Origin: an uncultured Lachnospiraceae bacterium
GTDB taxonomy: Bacteria; Bacillota; Clostridia; Lachnospirales; Lachnospiraceae
Direction of reading: 5' to 3'
DNA: 64,000 nt
Assembly (NCBI GenBank): GCA_946616365.1
Contig: CAMOIX010000004.1
Location: 17,555-81,554, forward strand
Shown: one piece after another, positions 47,906 through 55,835 of the stretch
How positions within the stretch are numbered: the stretch's first letter is position 1
Layout: each line of letters starts with the position of its first letter
Position numbers and translations under genes: made by a program
Notes under the pieces: generated by a model
The model's input: the letters and a program-made list of their open reading frames with translations, nothing else
Told to the model about the DNA's origin: nothing
Database searches by the model: none

Positions 47906-48007
47906 TTTTTCGCGGAGTGGAACGATCTTATAACCAATCATACGGGTACGGGAAATAGCGCACTTACAGCCCAGACAGTAACTGTTCACACATCGGATAA
48001 CCCGTAA
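47906..48007 (+). pseudogene. 3'-terminal remnant of a paralogous LRR surface-protein gene
   Basis: The translation FFAEWNDLITNHTGTGNSALTAQTVTVHTSDNP* aligns with the end of the upstream gene (YYAGTQEQWATVIANTDFSNAGNGALSRDTVTVHYNSTGP*). It is preceded by an in-frame TAG at 47903-47905. Confidence 0.5.
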
Positions 48008-48058
48008 AGCTTATCAGCGCCGGACCTTGATCTGAATTCAAGATCGAACATGCGAAAC

Positions 48059-48088
48059 AAAAAGAGCAGCCCTGTGGCTGCTCTTTTT
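48059..48088. terminator. bidirectional intrinsic terminator
   Basis: AAAAA-GAGCAGCC, ctgt, GGCTGCTC-TTTTTGT, between convergent transcription units. Confidence 0.7.
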
Positions 48089-48114
48089 GTAATTGATAAA
48101 CAAAAGCCTTTAGT

Positions 48115-50685
48115 TTATTTTTTCGCCAACTCTCTGCTGATGAGGAGGATTACATCCTGATACATGCCGCGCATGGTCTCGTGCTCTGCTTCGATGGCGG
48201 ATTCGTCACCTGCATCGGCAGCTTTTTCAAGTCTTGCTGCGATCTCGGAGAGTTTGGTCGCACCGACCATCTTGGATGTGCTCTTGAGTGAATGTACGAA
48301 GACACCGTAATTATGCCAGTCTCTTGCGGCATAGCTTTCGTCTATAGCTTCTGATTTTTTCTTGGATTCGCGAAGGTAGCCGGAGAGGATCTCGGCATAA
48401 AGCTCCGCATCGCCTTCGCAGTAAGTCATACCGGTCTCTTTGTCTATGATATCGGGTTTATCGAATGAAGGCCCCGTCTCTTCGGAGTGGACTTTTGTGC
48501 TTTCATCGGATGTATATATCACCTTAGATGCGGGGAGATACTTGATCAGGAGCTCCTCGAGCCTGCCGCTGTCAATAGGCTTGGAGAGGTAATCATTGAA
48601 GCCCTCGTTTAAGTATCTGTCCTCGGCACCGGATACGGCATCGGCTGTCAGAGCTATGAAAGGTGTGGTCTTGTTGATGGACTCGGGGTCTTTCTTTATC
48701 CTGTTCATAGCGGTGGTGCCGTCCATCTCGGGCATGCGCTGATCCATGAGTATAAGATCATAGGTCTTGATCTTACACATCTCAATGGAATGCAGACCGC
48801 TGGTTGCGGTATCGATATTTATCATCGTATTCTTAAGGAGTCCCTTGGCTACGACGAGGTTGGTCATGGTATCATCGACTATGAGTATGAGAGCATCCTT
48901 GGCATGGAAAGGTTCCTTCTTGGCGTGGAGAGCCTTGATACTCTTTTCGAATTTGTCACGGAAGTCTCCGATGGGCTCGTTGGAGAGTTTCTTTTGAGGA
49001 ATGGTTACTGTAAATACAGAGCCTAATCCGTACTGGGACTGTACATCTATCTTTCCGCCCATCATCTCAAGCAGGCTGACTGTGATCGCCAGACCAAGTC
49101 CCGTGCCTTCGATAGTGCTGTTCTTCTCGAGGTCTATTCTCTGGAATTTCTTGAAGAGCTTTTCCTTATCCTCATCCTTTATACCCATACCGGTGTCTTT
49201 GACGGAGATAACGAGTGCAAACTCCGGCTCGCCATCCGCCTTGTCCAGCATAGTTTTTTTGACATAGAGGACGATGCTGCCCTTCTGGGTGTACTTGACT
49301 GCGTTGTTTAATATATTGGTGATGATCTGGCGGACTCTTACTTCGTCGCCCATAAGCAGGTCGGGCACGGTGCTGTCCACGTCCACATCGAACTTAAGAC
49401 CCTTTGATTCCGCTTTGAAGGAGATCATGTTGCTGACGTCGTTGAGCACGGAACTTAAGCGGTATTCCTTGTTTACGAGCTCCATCTTGCCGGACTCTAT
49501 CTTGGAGAAGTCGAGTATGTCGTTAATGATCGAGAGGAGATTCTTTCCGGCACTGTCGATATTTCCGGCATAGTTGCATATCTCAGAGAATACGTCCCTG
49601 ATCTCGGATTTATTGGATGGTGTATTATCCCTCGCCTTAAGGCTCTCCCTGAAGATGATCTCGTTCATGCCGAGTACGGCATTGATGGGAGTCCTGATCT
49701 CGTGCGACATATTGGCGAGGAAGTCACTCTTGGCGGCATTTGATCTCTCTGCGAGCTCCTTTGCCTTTTCCATTTCCTCATTCTCGAGCTGCTTCTGCTC
49801 GGAACTAACGATGAGGAGCATGGTAACGGTGAAGGATATGATGACGAATGAAATGACAAAGAGCATAACAGCGATGACGCTGTAGGGATCGGCTTCGCCG
49901 ACTTCGCCGATGCTGGCAGCCAGAGTATCGCGCATCCAGAAAGCGAGGAAGAATCCGCCGACGCAGAAGACGATAACGATGGCAACATAGACGGGCCTGA
50001 ATATCCTGATCAGACGGCTCCTCTTTGAGTGGTCAAACTTGGTGATCTCATCATCGTATTCCTTAACGACAAGGAGCGGGATGAAGACAAAGAAAAGCGA
50101 AGCGAGGATGCTGAAGGGGTAATAGGGATCAACCCAGTCTGACGGCCAGTCGAAGCAGGATGCCACCCAAGTGATCATCTCAAAGATGATATAGAGCATG
50201 AAGCCTATGTTTATATAAGGGAACTTGGCTCCTTTATCACGATATTTCCTGTAATTGGCGATGGCATTGATAGAGAGACTCAAAGTAAGAGTAGCCCAGA
50301 ATACCTGCCATATATTGTTGAATATGCCTCCGAACTGAAGGTACAGAGCAAGCTGTGCAATGCCGAAAGGTATGGGGATGAGTGAGAGGGGAGAGAATCT
50401 CTTTACCCCGTGATCGCGCATCATGTTTAATTGGATATGTGCCGGCATCACGAAAGCAAGGTTCCAACCGATATAAGCGAAGAAGGATGAGAGATTGGGA
50501 TCTTCACCCATAACCAGGGCATATACGGCCCAGTAGTAATTGGAAAGCAGATATCCCAATAGGAATATTGCCAAATATGTAAGAGTTTTGCGGGCTTTTT
50601 TGAAATATCCGAACAGACACAGGAGCAGGCCTCCGATATTAAGGAGGATCGAGAGGATATTGACCAGGTTATCGAGATTTATCAT
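48115..50685 (-). CDS. hybrid sensor histidine kinase/response regulator with Hpt (polytopic N-terminal sensor)
   Basis: Start moved to ATG 50685 (MINLDNLVNILS...) because the track extension overlaps tRNA-Leu. About 9 TM helices, H-box FLANMSHEIRTPINAVLGMNEIIF, HATPase (GTGLGLAITVS), REC (ILIVDDTMTN...LMDQRMPEMDG) and Hpt (VHSLKSTSKMVG). Confidence 0.88.
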   Translation of the reverse strand: MINLDNLVNILSILLNIGGLLLCLFGYFKKARKTLTYLAIFLLGYLLSNYYWAVYALVMGEDPNLSSFFAYIGWNLAFVMPAHIQLNMMRDHGVKRFSPLSLIPIPFGIAQLALYLQFGGIFNNIWQVFWATLTLSLSINAIANYRKYRDKGAKFPYINIGFMLYIIFEMITWVASCFDWPSDWVDPYYPFSILASLFFVFIPLLVVKEYDDEITKFDHSKRSRLIRIFRPVYVAIVIVFCVGGFFLAFWMRDTLAASIGEVGEADPYSVIAVMLFVISFVIISFTVTMLLIVSSEQKQLENEEMEKAKELAERSNAAKSDFLANMSHEIRTPINAVLGMNEIIFRESLKARDNTPSNKSEIRDVFSEICNYAGNIDSAGKNLLSIINDILDFSKIESGKMELVNKEYRLSSVLNDVSNMISFKAESKGLKFDVDVDSTVPDLLMGDEVRVRQIITNILNNAVKYTQKGSIVLYVKKTMLDKADGEPEFALVISVKDTGMGIKDEDKEKLFKKFQRIDLEKNSTIEGTGLGLAITVSLLEMMGGKIDVQSQYGLGSVFTVTIPQKKLSNEPIGDFRDKFEKSIKALHAKKEPFHAKDALILIVDDTMTNLVVAKGLLKNTMINIDTATSGLHSIEMCKIKTYDLILMDQRMPEMDGTTAMNRIKKDPESINKTTPFIALTADAVSGAEDRYLNEGFNDYLSKPIDSGRLEELLIKYLPASKVIYTSDESTKVHSEETGPSFDKPDIIDKETGMTYCEGDAELYAEILSGYLRESKKKSEAIDESYAARDWHNYGVFVHSLKSTSKMVGATKLSEIAARLEKAADAGDESAIEAEHETMRGMYQDVILLISRELAKK

Positions 50686-50730
50686 ATGTTTACCCCGTGA
50701 AAGACCGTAAAAGGTATAGCCCGGTTCCGA

Positions 50731-50810
50731 TGCGGATAGAGGGACTCGAACCCTCACGCTTGCGCACAAGAACCTAAATCTTGCATGTCTACCAATTCCA
50801 TCATATCCGC
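50731..50810 (-). tRNA. tRNA-Leu (anticodon TAG)
   Basis: The minus-strand sequence GCGGATATGATGGAATTGGTAGACATGCAAGATTTAGGTTCTTGTGCGCAAGCGTGAGGGTTCGAGTCCCTCTATCCGCA folds by hand. Acceptor GCGGATA/TATCCGC, anticodon stem CAAGA/TCTTG with loop TTTAGGT, an 11-nt variable arm, and T arm GAGGG-TTCGAGT-CCCTC. Confidence 0.88.
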
Positions 50811-50867
50811 GAGTGCTAAAAGCCTATAAACATAGGTAATTTATTATAAGATAAGGCGGTTTTAATG

Positions 50868-51731
50868 TCAAAGGGGAGCGCGGCGGAGCCTGTTCCAGCG
50901 AATGACTGCAACGCCTATTATTATTACGTATCCGACTATGCTCAGGGGAGCGGGGGTCTCTGCGAGGAAAAGCATGCCCCAGATAGCTGCAAATATGACC
51001 TGAGTGTAGTCAAAGACTGAGATGTCCTTGGCCGGAGCAAATCTGTATGCGGTGGTGATGCCGAACTGTCCGAGCGCAGCGGAAACTCCGGCGAGAATGA
51101 GACAGAGGAGCTGGCGTCCGCTCATCGGAGCATAGTTAAAGATAAGGAAGGGCAGCGTGACCGCCGATGAGACAAATGAAAACCAAAATACGATGATAGG
51201 TGTATGGACGCCCTTTTTGCCGAGACGCCTCACAAAGACGTAAGCGGTACCGGCACCGAAGCCTCCGTAGAGACCGATGAGAGCGGGGATAAGCAGGAGA
51301 TTGGCACCGGGCCTGATGATAAAGAGCGCACCGATAAAGGCTATTACGGTCGCTGTGATATCAAGCTTGGACGGTTTCTCCTTGAGGATGAATATGGAAC
51401 CTATGATCGCGAAAAAGGGAGAGAGTTTATTGAGCATATTGGCATCGGCGAGACCGAGTCTGCCGATGGCATAGAAGTTTGCTATAAGTCCTGATGTGCC
51501 GAAAAGACAACGAAGTGCGATGTCGGGGATAGCTTTTTTCTCAGGGATGATGGTCTGATGATCTTTAAAGAGGACAGAGAGTGCTATGACTAATGCTACG
51601 GCATTTCTGAAAAAGGCCTTCTGCATGGTGGGAAGGTCCCCTGAAATGCGAACAAAGAATGTCATGAAAGAGAAGCCGAACGCAGCAGCTATGATACAGG
51701 CGATACCTTTTTGCTTATCGCTCATCTTCAC
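50868..51731 (-). CDS. DMT superfamily (EamA-type) transporter
   Basis: 287 aa with 10 TM helices in two EamA-like halves. Confidence 0.85.
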   Translation of the reverse strand: MKMSDKQKGIACIIAAAFGFSFMTFFVRISGDLPTMQKAFFRNAVALVIALSVLFKDHQTIIPEKKAIPDIALRCLFGTSGLIANFYAIGRLGLADANMLNKLSPFFAIIGSIFILKEKPSKLDITATVIAFIGALFIIRPGANLLLIPALIGLYGGFGAGTAYVFVRRLGKKGVHTPIIVFWFSFVSSAVTLPFLIFNYAPMSGRQLLCLILAGVSAALGQFGITTAYRFAPAKDISVFDYTQVIFAAIWGMLFLAETPAPLSIVGYVIIIGVAVIRWNRLRRAPL

Positions 51732-52114
51732 TCCCAGTAGCCCTGCGTTTTAGGGGTAAGCCTGCCCTTACAGATGGGGCAGAGGAGTTCCTCCGTATCG
51801 ATGTTATAGATCAGTTGGATGTCGTCCGGTTTATCTCCGCAGTCGGTCTTTCCGATGAAACGGTCACTGTAACTGCCTACCATAGTCTCGAATACGGGAG
51901 CAGTGATGTAGTCTGAACAGGCACGGCAAAAAGCCGGATAATGGCTGAAACTGTATCCGGAATCTTTTTCGTACGCCAAATGGATCGCGGGATGGTGCGC
52001 CGTTGCGAAAAAGTTGATGATATTGTCTTTTTCAGATTCTTTTTGCCCCGTTCCTATGCGCAGGGTCTTGCGATAGTCCCCGTTCTCGCATTCGAGGCAG
52101 ACAATGCGGCCCAT
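51728..52114 (-). CDS. hypothetical Cys-rich (zinc-ribbon-like) protein
   Basis: 128 aa with CLEC near the N-terminus and CPIC near the C-terminus, plus CRAC. 4-nt overlap with the DMT gene downstream. Confidence 0.55.
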   Translation of the reverse strand: MGRIVCLECENGDYRKTLRIGTGQKESEKDNIINFFATAHHPAIHLAYEKDSGYSFSHYPAFCRACSDYITAPVFETMVGSYSDRFIGKTDCGDKPDDIQLIYNIDTEELLCPICKGRLTPKTQGYWE

Positions 52115-52200
52115 TTCGTTCTTCTTTTCCTCCTTTTCTATTTTATAATAAATCTGCCGAAAAGTGGAAGAATATTTTCAAAATATGATATAATACCATT

Positions 52201-53190
52201 ATGTGTGACTTTTTGATAAAAAGTGCGGATTCGGTCCGCATAAGTTCTTTATTGGGACTCGGCGGAGTCCTGGTTTCGTTTATCCTGACATTATTACTCA
52301 CGGGCAAACTGATGAACAAGCTCCCCAGGGACGGAGGAAGGGCTTTTGCCGTAGAGGGCAGCAAGTCCGTAGGAAAACCGAGGGGTGCCGGCATCATATT
52401 CGTTTTTGTATTTATCTTTACGGTGCTCGTATTTGCACCCATAAAGGTTGAGTATCTGCTGTATCTGGCACTGATTGCAGTTTCCATGTTTACGGGCTAT
52501 CTCGATGATGCGGCTGCGGCTCCGTGGGGAGGTCTCAAGAAGGGCTTGCTCGATCTTGCCGTGTCTGTCCTTACTGCTGCGGCTTTTCTCTACAATAATG
52601 AGCCCGTCATAAATCTTTCAATGTTAAATGCAAGCATCAGGATCCCTGTGATACTGTACTTCATCCTTGCTTCTGCGCTTGTGTGGGGCAGTATAAATGT
52701 GACTAACTGTGCGGACGGAGTGGACGGACTTTCCGGTACGCTCACGATCATTTCGCTTATGGGATTCTACGGTGTGATGAAGATAACGGGAGCTTCTCCC
52801 GACTTCGTTCCCCAGATCATGTTCCTCATATTCGCTGTACTGGCTTATCTTTGGTACAATTCAAACCCTTCAAAGTGCCTGATGGGAGATGCGGGCAGCA
52901 GAGCACTCGGACTCTTTATCGCTGTTACGGCTCTTAAGTCGGGGGATCCCCTTTTGTACCCCCTGCTTGTGATGGTAATAGCCCTCGACGGAGGACTCGG
53001 ACTGTTAAAGGTATTCCTTATCAGGGCTTTCAAGATCTATATTTTCAAAAAGACAACGATGCCCCTCCATGATCATGTGAGAAAGAATCTGGAGGACAAG
53101 TGGTCGAATCCCCAGGTTGTTTTCAGATTTGCGATAATACAGGCGGTCCTGGTCGCATTGGTGCTGTATCTGGTCGTGGCCGCGAGATAG
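52201..53190 (+). CDS. MraY-family polyprenyl-phosphate phospho-sugar transferase (glycosyltransferase family 4)
   Basis: 329 aa with ~10 TM helices. GYLDDAAA, NVTNCADGVDGLSG, MGDAGSRALG and MPLHDHVRK align with the MraY motifs DD, N-x-x-N-x-x-DG-x-DGL, MGD-x-GS and P-x-HHH. Confidence 0.8.
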   Translation: MCDFLIKSADSVRISSLLGLGGVLVSFILTLLLTGKLMNKLPRDGGRAFAVEGSKSVGKPRGAGIIFVFVFIFTVLVFAPIKVEYLLYLALIAVSMFTGYLDDAAAAPWGGLKKGLLDLAVSVLTAAAFLYNNEPVINLSMLNASIRIPVILYFILASALVWGSINVTNCADGVDGLSGTLTIISLMGFYGVMKITGASPDFVPQIMFLIFAVLAYLWYNSNPSKCLMGDAGSRALGLFIAVTALKSGDPLLYPLLVMVIALDGGLGLLKVFLIRAFKIYIFKKTTMPLHDHVRKNLEDKWSNPQVVFRFAIIQAVLVALVLYLVVAAR

Positions 53191-53199
53191 GATAGATAT

Positions 53200-53700
53200 A
53201 TGTTTGATAAACTGACTAAATCCGACATCCGCAAGATGGAGGAGGAGATAGAACACAGAAAACTCGTGGTAAGGCCCCAGGCGCTTGAGGATTTAAAGGC
53301 GGCAAGGGCTCAGGGGGACCTGTCTGAGAATTTTGAGTATTATGCGGCTAAGAAATTCAAAAATCAGAATGAGAGCCGGATCAGATACCTTGAGAAGATG
53401 ATCAGGACGGCCGAGATCATTGATGATTCGTCAGCAGATGACGAGGTCGGGATGAATAACACCGTAACTGTGGAGTTTTCCGATGACGGATCCGTGGAGG
53501 TCTTCAAGATCGTTACGACCATCCGTGCGAATTCCATCGGAGGTATGATCACGGGAGAGTCGCCCCTGGGCAAGGCTCTGCTTGGTAAGAAGGTGGGCGA
53601 TATCGCTCATGTGGAGCTCGAGAATGGGGCAGGATATGATGTTAAGATCCTGAAACTGGAAAATACGGACGGGGACGACGATGCAATCAGAAGCTTTTGA
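53200..53700 (+). CDS. greA: transcription elongation factor GreA
   Basis: 166 aa with the GDLSENFEYYAAK acidic-tip motif and a GreA/B C-terminal domain (PLGKALLGKKVGD). Confidence 0.92.
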   Translation: MFDKLTKSDIRKMEEEIEHRKLVVRPQALEDLKAARAQGDLSENFEYYAAKKFKNQNESRIRYLEKMIRTAEIIDDSSADDEVGMNNTVTVEFSDDGSVEVFKIVTTIRANSIGGMITGESPLGKALLGKKVGDIAHVELENGAGYDVKILKLENTDGDDDAIRSF

Positions 53701-54616
53701 ACTGCAGTCAAAAGGACTGAAATTAAAGAAATTCACATTCAGGGATGCATGGACGATGATGTTCATCTTCCTTCTTTTTGTATTTGTGAGGACTTTCGGT
53801 GAGGCATTGGTGGCCATGTTCATGTCACTGATGGAGCCCCATCTTCCGGAGGCGATGAAACAGGCCATATATATCTATACCGACGGAGTGGCTACCGGTT
53901 TTACCGGGAATGCGACTGTTGTTATGACCGGCATTGGCTTTATCATAGGATCGGCAGCAGTATTAAAAAAGAGCCTTCAGCTGATATCGGAGGACAGGAA
54001 GAGAAGAGAAGAACTTGCCAGGTTTAAGCCCATAGAAGTCAATGCAGAGCCGAAAAAGGGCATTGAGGGATATATGGGAAAAGCCCCCGTCTATGTGGAT
54101 ATCATCCTCTTTGTACTGGCAACTATCGGAGCGGCGCTGGGAATCGGGATGCTTTTTGACCTCTCCGGTGTGACTTCTTCGGAGAGCTATCAGGCAGTGG
54201 CTAAGCTTCAGTACTCATGCGCTCCTGTGATAGGCGTCATCGTCTATGGACTGATCGCACCGGCAGCGGAGGAGATAGTCTTCAGAGGAGGGATTTTCAA
54301 CTATTTAAAGAGACATTTCCCTATCAGGCTGGCTGCGCTCTTTGCAGTATTCATATTTGCCTTTTATCATGGGAATTCGGCGCAGACGGGATATGCTTTC
54401 ATAATGGGAAGCTTCATCTGCTACGGATATGAGTATTTTGAGGATTTCAGGGCGGCGCTCTTCATACATATGGGAGCAAATACCGCTGCATATATCATGA
54501 CCTATGTGTCCAAGGCTTACCCCGCAGTCAGAAACTGGGGCACGGCACTGGTGCTTGTGGTTGTCGCAGGAGTTTGCGTATACCTGCTTAATAAGAAAAA
54601 GCCCGGGATTGTATAA
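53681..54616 (+). CDS. CPBP family intramembrane glutamic endopeptidase (CAAX protease-like)
   Basis: AAEEIVFRGGIF (EExxxR), FYHG and HMGAN motifs in a polytopic protein. Overlaps the greA 3' end by 20 nt. Confidence 0.8.
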   Translation: MQSEAFELQSKGLKLKKFTFRDAWTMMFIFLLFVFVRTFGEALVAMFMSLMEPHLPEAMKQAIYIYTDGVATGFTGNATVVMTGIGFIIGSAAVLKKSLQLISEDRKRREELARFKPIEVNAEPKKGIEGYMGKAPVYVDIILFVLATIGAALGIGMLFDLSGVTSSESYQAVAKLQYSCAPVIGVIVYGLIAPAAEEIVFRGGIFNYLKRHFPIRLAALFAVFIFAFYHGNSAQTGYAFIMGSFICYGYEYFEDFRAALFIHMGANTAAYIMTYVSKAYPAVRNWGTALVLVVVAGVCVYLLNKKKPGIV

Positions 54617-54620
54617 GCGG

Positions 54621-54686
54621 TTATGTAAACTAATGCGGTGCGGCTTCAAATGACAGTCAGGGCGTTCAAAGTAAAGTTATGTAAAC
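54621..54686 (+). repeat. two direct copies of GTTATGTAAAC, starts 56 bp apart, upstream of the acyltransferase gene
   Basis: TTATGTAAAC occurs at 54621-54630 and 54677-54686. The same 10-mer recurs at 57383-57392 and 60505-60514. Confidence 0.4.
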
Positions 54687-54710
54687 CGATAAACCCGGAG
54701 AATATGAATC

Positions 54711-55835
54711 ATGTCAACCAACAGGGAAAGAGAAGTCTGGCCCGACCTGCTTAAGTGCATAGCGATGATGATGATAGTGGTGCTCCATTTCCTCGGAAAG
54801 GGAGGGCTGCTTGAGATGCGTGAAGGCGGCGCGACCGATCCGGTCTTTCTGACTGCGTGGTTAATGGAGTCTCTCTCCATCTGCGCGGTAAATGTTTATA
54901 TGCTCATAAGCGGATATTTCCTGTCGGAGTCGGGATTTAAGCTCAGCAAGCTGATTTCCCTCTATCTCAGGCTGTGGTTCTTTTCTGCTGTGCTGGGACT
55001 GGTATTTCTCGCCTGCGGCTTTGAGACGACTGAGCCGATCGACAAGCACTTCCTTTTAAGACTGCTCGCCCCTGTATCCATGGAGCATTACTGGTTTATG
55101 ACGGCTTACATATTCATGTATGTCATGCTTCCTGTACTTACGACGGCTGTAAAGCATATGACGGACAGACAGTTAAAAATCTGCACTCTTGTCCTTCTGG
55201 CTGTTCATTCCTTTATCAAGTCGGTGATCATCATCGGATTTGATCTGGATGCTCACGGATATAATGTGATCTGGTATATATGCGTATTTATGGTAGCAGC
55301 CAATATCAGAAGAAGTGGGCCGGGGATTCTTGGCCGAAAGGGTGTCAGCCTGATCGCGTTCCTTGCAGGAGTCCTCTCCGTATTCGGGGAGAGTGTGGTC
55401 TTGAGGATCCTCTATGCACGCACCGGACATTTTAAATATGTAATCGGACTTCCGCTTGATTATAATAATGTATTTGTACTCCTGGCAGCTCTCGGACTCT
55501 TCGGACTCCTGATGAAAGTGGAGATAAAGGGAAAGATTGCGAGTGTTATCAAATGGGCGGGACCATATACTTTGGGAGCGTATCTCCTTCATGAGAACTT
55601 CGTTATCAGGTATTCGTGGTTTAAGTGGTTTGGTTCTGAAAGAATAACAGGTGCGTTACAATTGGTGGGATGCACGCTGATTGCGATGATTGCTGTTTTT
55701 ATAACAGGTGTACTTATTGATTTTGTTCGTGGGCTTTTGGCCGGATTATTAAATAACATATTAAAGAAAATTAAGCCCTATAAGAAAATATCAGATGCAA
55801 TTTATTCAGTTGATACCGTCTTTGCGGAGAAGTAA
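54711..55835 (+). CDS. acyltransferase family 3 (OatA/WecH-like) membrane protein
   Basis: 374 aa, polytopic, with the Acyl_transf_3-type start VWPDLLKCIAMMMIVVLHF. Confidence 0.8.
   Translation: MSTNREREVWPDLLKCIAMMMIVVLHFLGKGGLLEMREGGATDPVFLTAWLMESLSICAVNVYMLISGYFLSESGFKLSKLISLYLRLWFFSAVLGLVFLACGFETTEPIDKHFLLRLLAPVSMEHYWFMTAYIFMYVMLPVLTTAVKHMTDRQLKICTLVLLAVHSFIKSVIIIGFDLDAHGYNVIWYICVFMVAANIRRSGPGILGRKGVSLIAFLAGVLSVFGESVVLRILYARTGHFKYVIGLPLDYNNVFVLLAALGLFGLLMKVEIKGKIASVIKWAGPYTLGAYLLHENFVIRYSWFKWFGSERITGALQLVGCTLIAMIAVFITGVLIDFVRGLLAGLLNNILKKIKPYKKISDAIYSVDTVFAEK

Noticed and set aside
50686-50769. N-terminal extension of the third hybrid kinase (track start at 50769, MCASVRVRVPLSASEPGYTF...).
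   Set aside because: The extension is the antisense-frame reading of tRNA-Leu (50731-50810). The ATG at 50685 gives a normal hydrophobic N-terminus.
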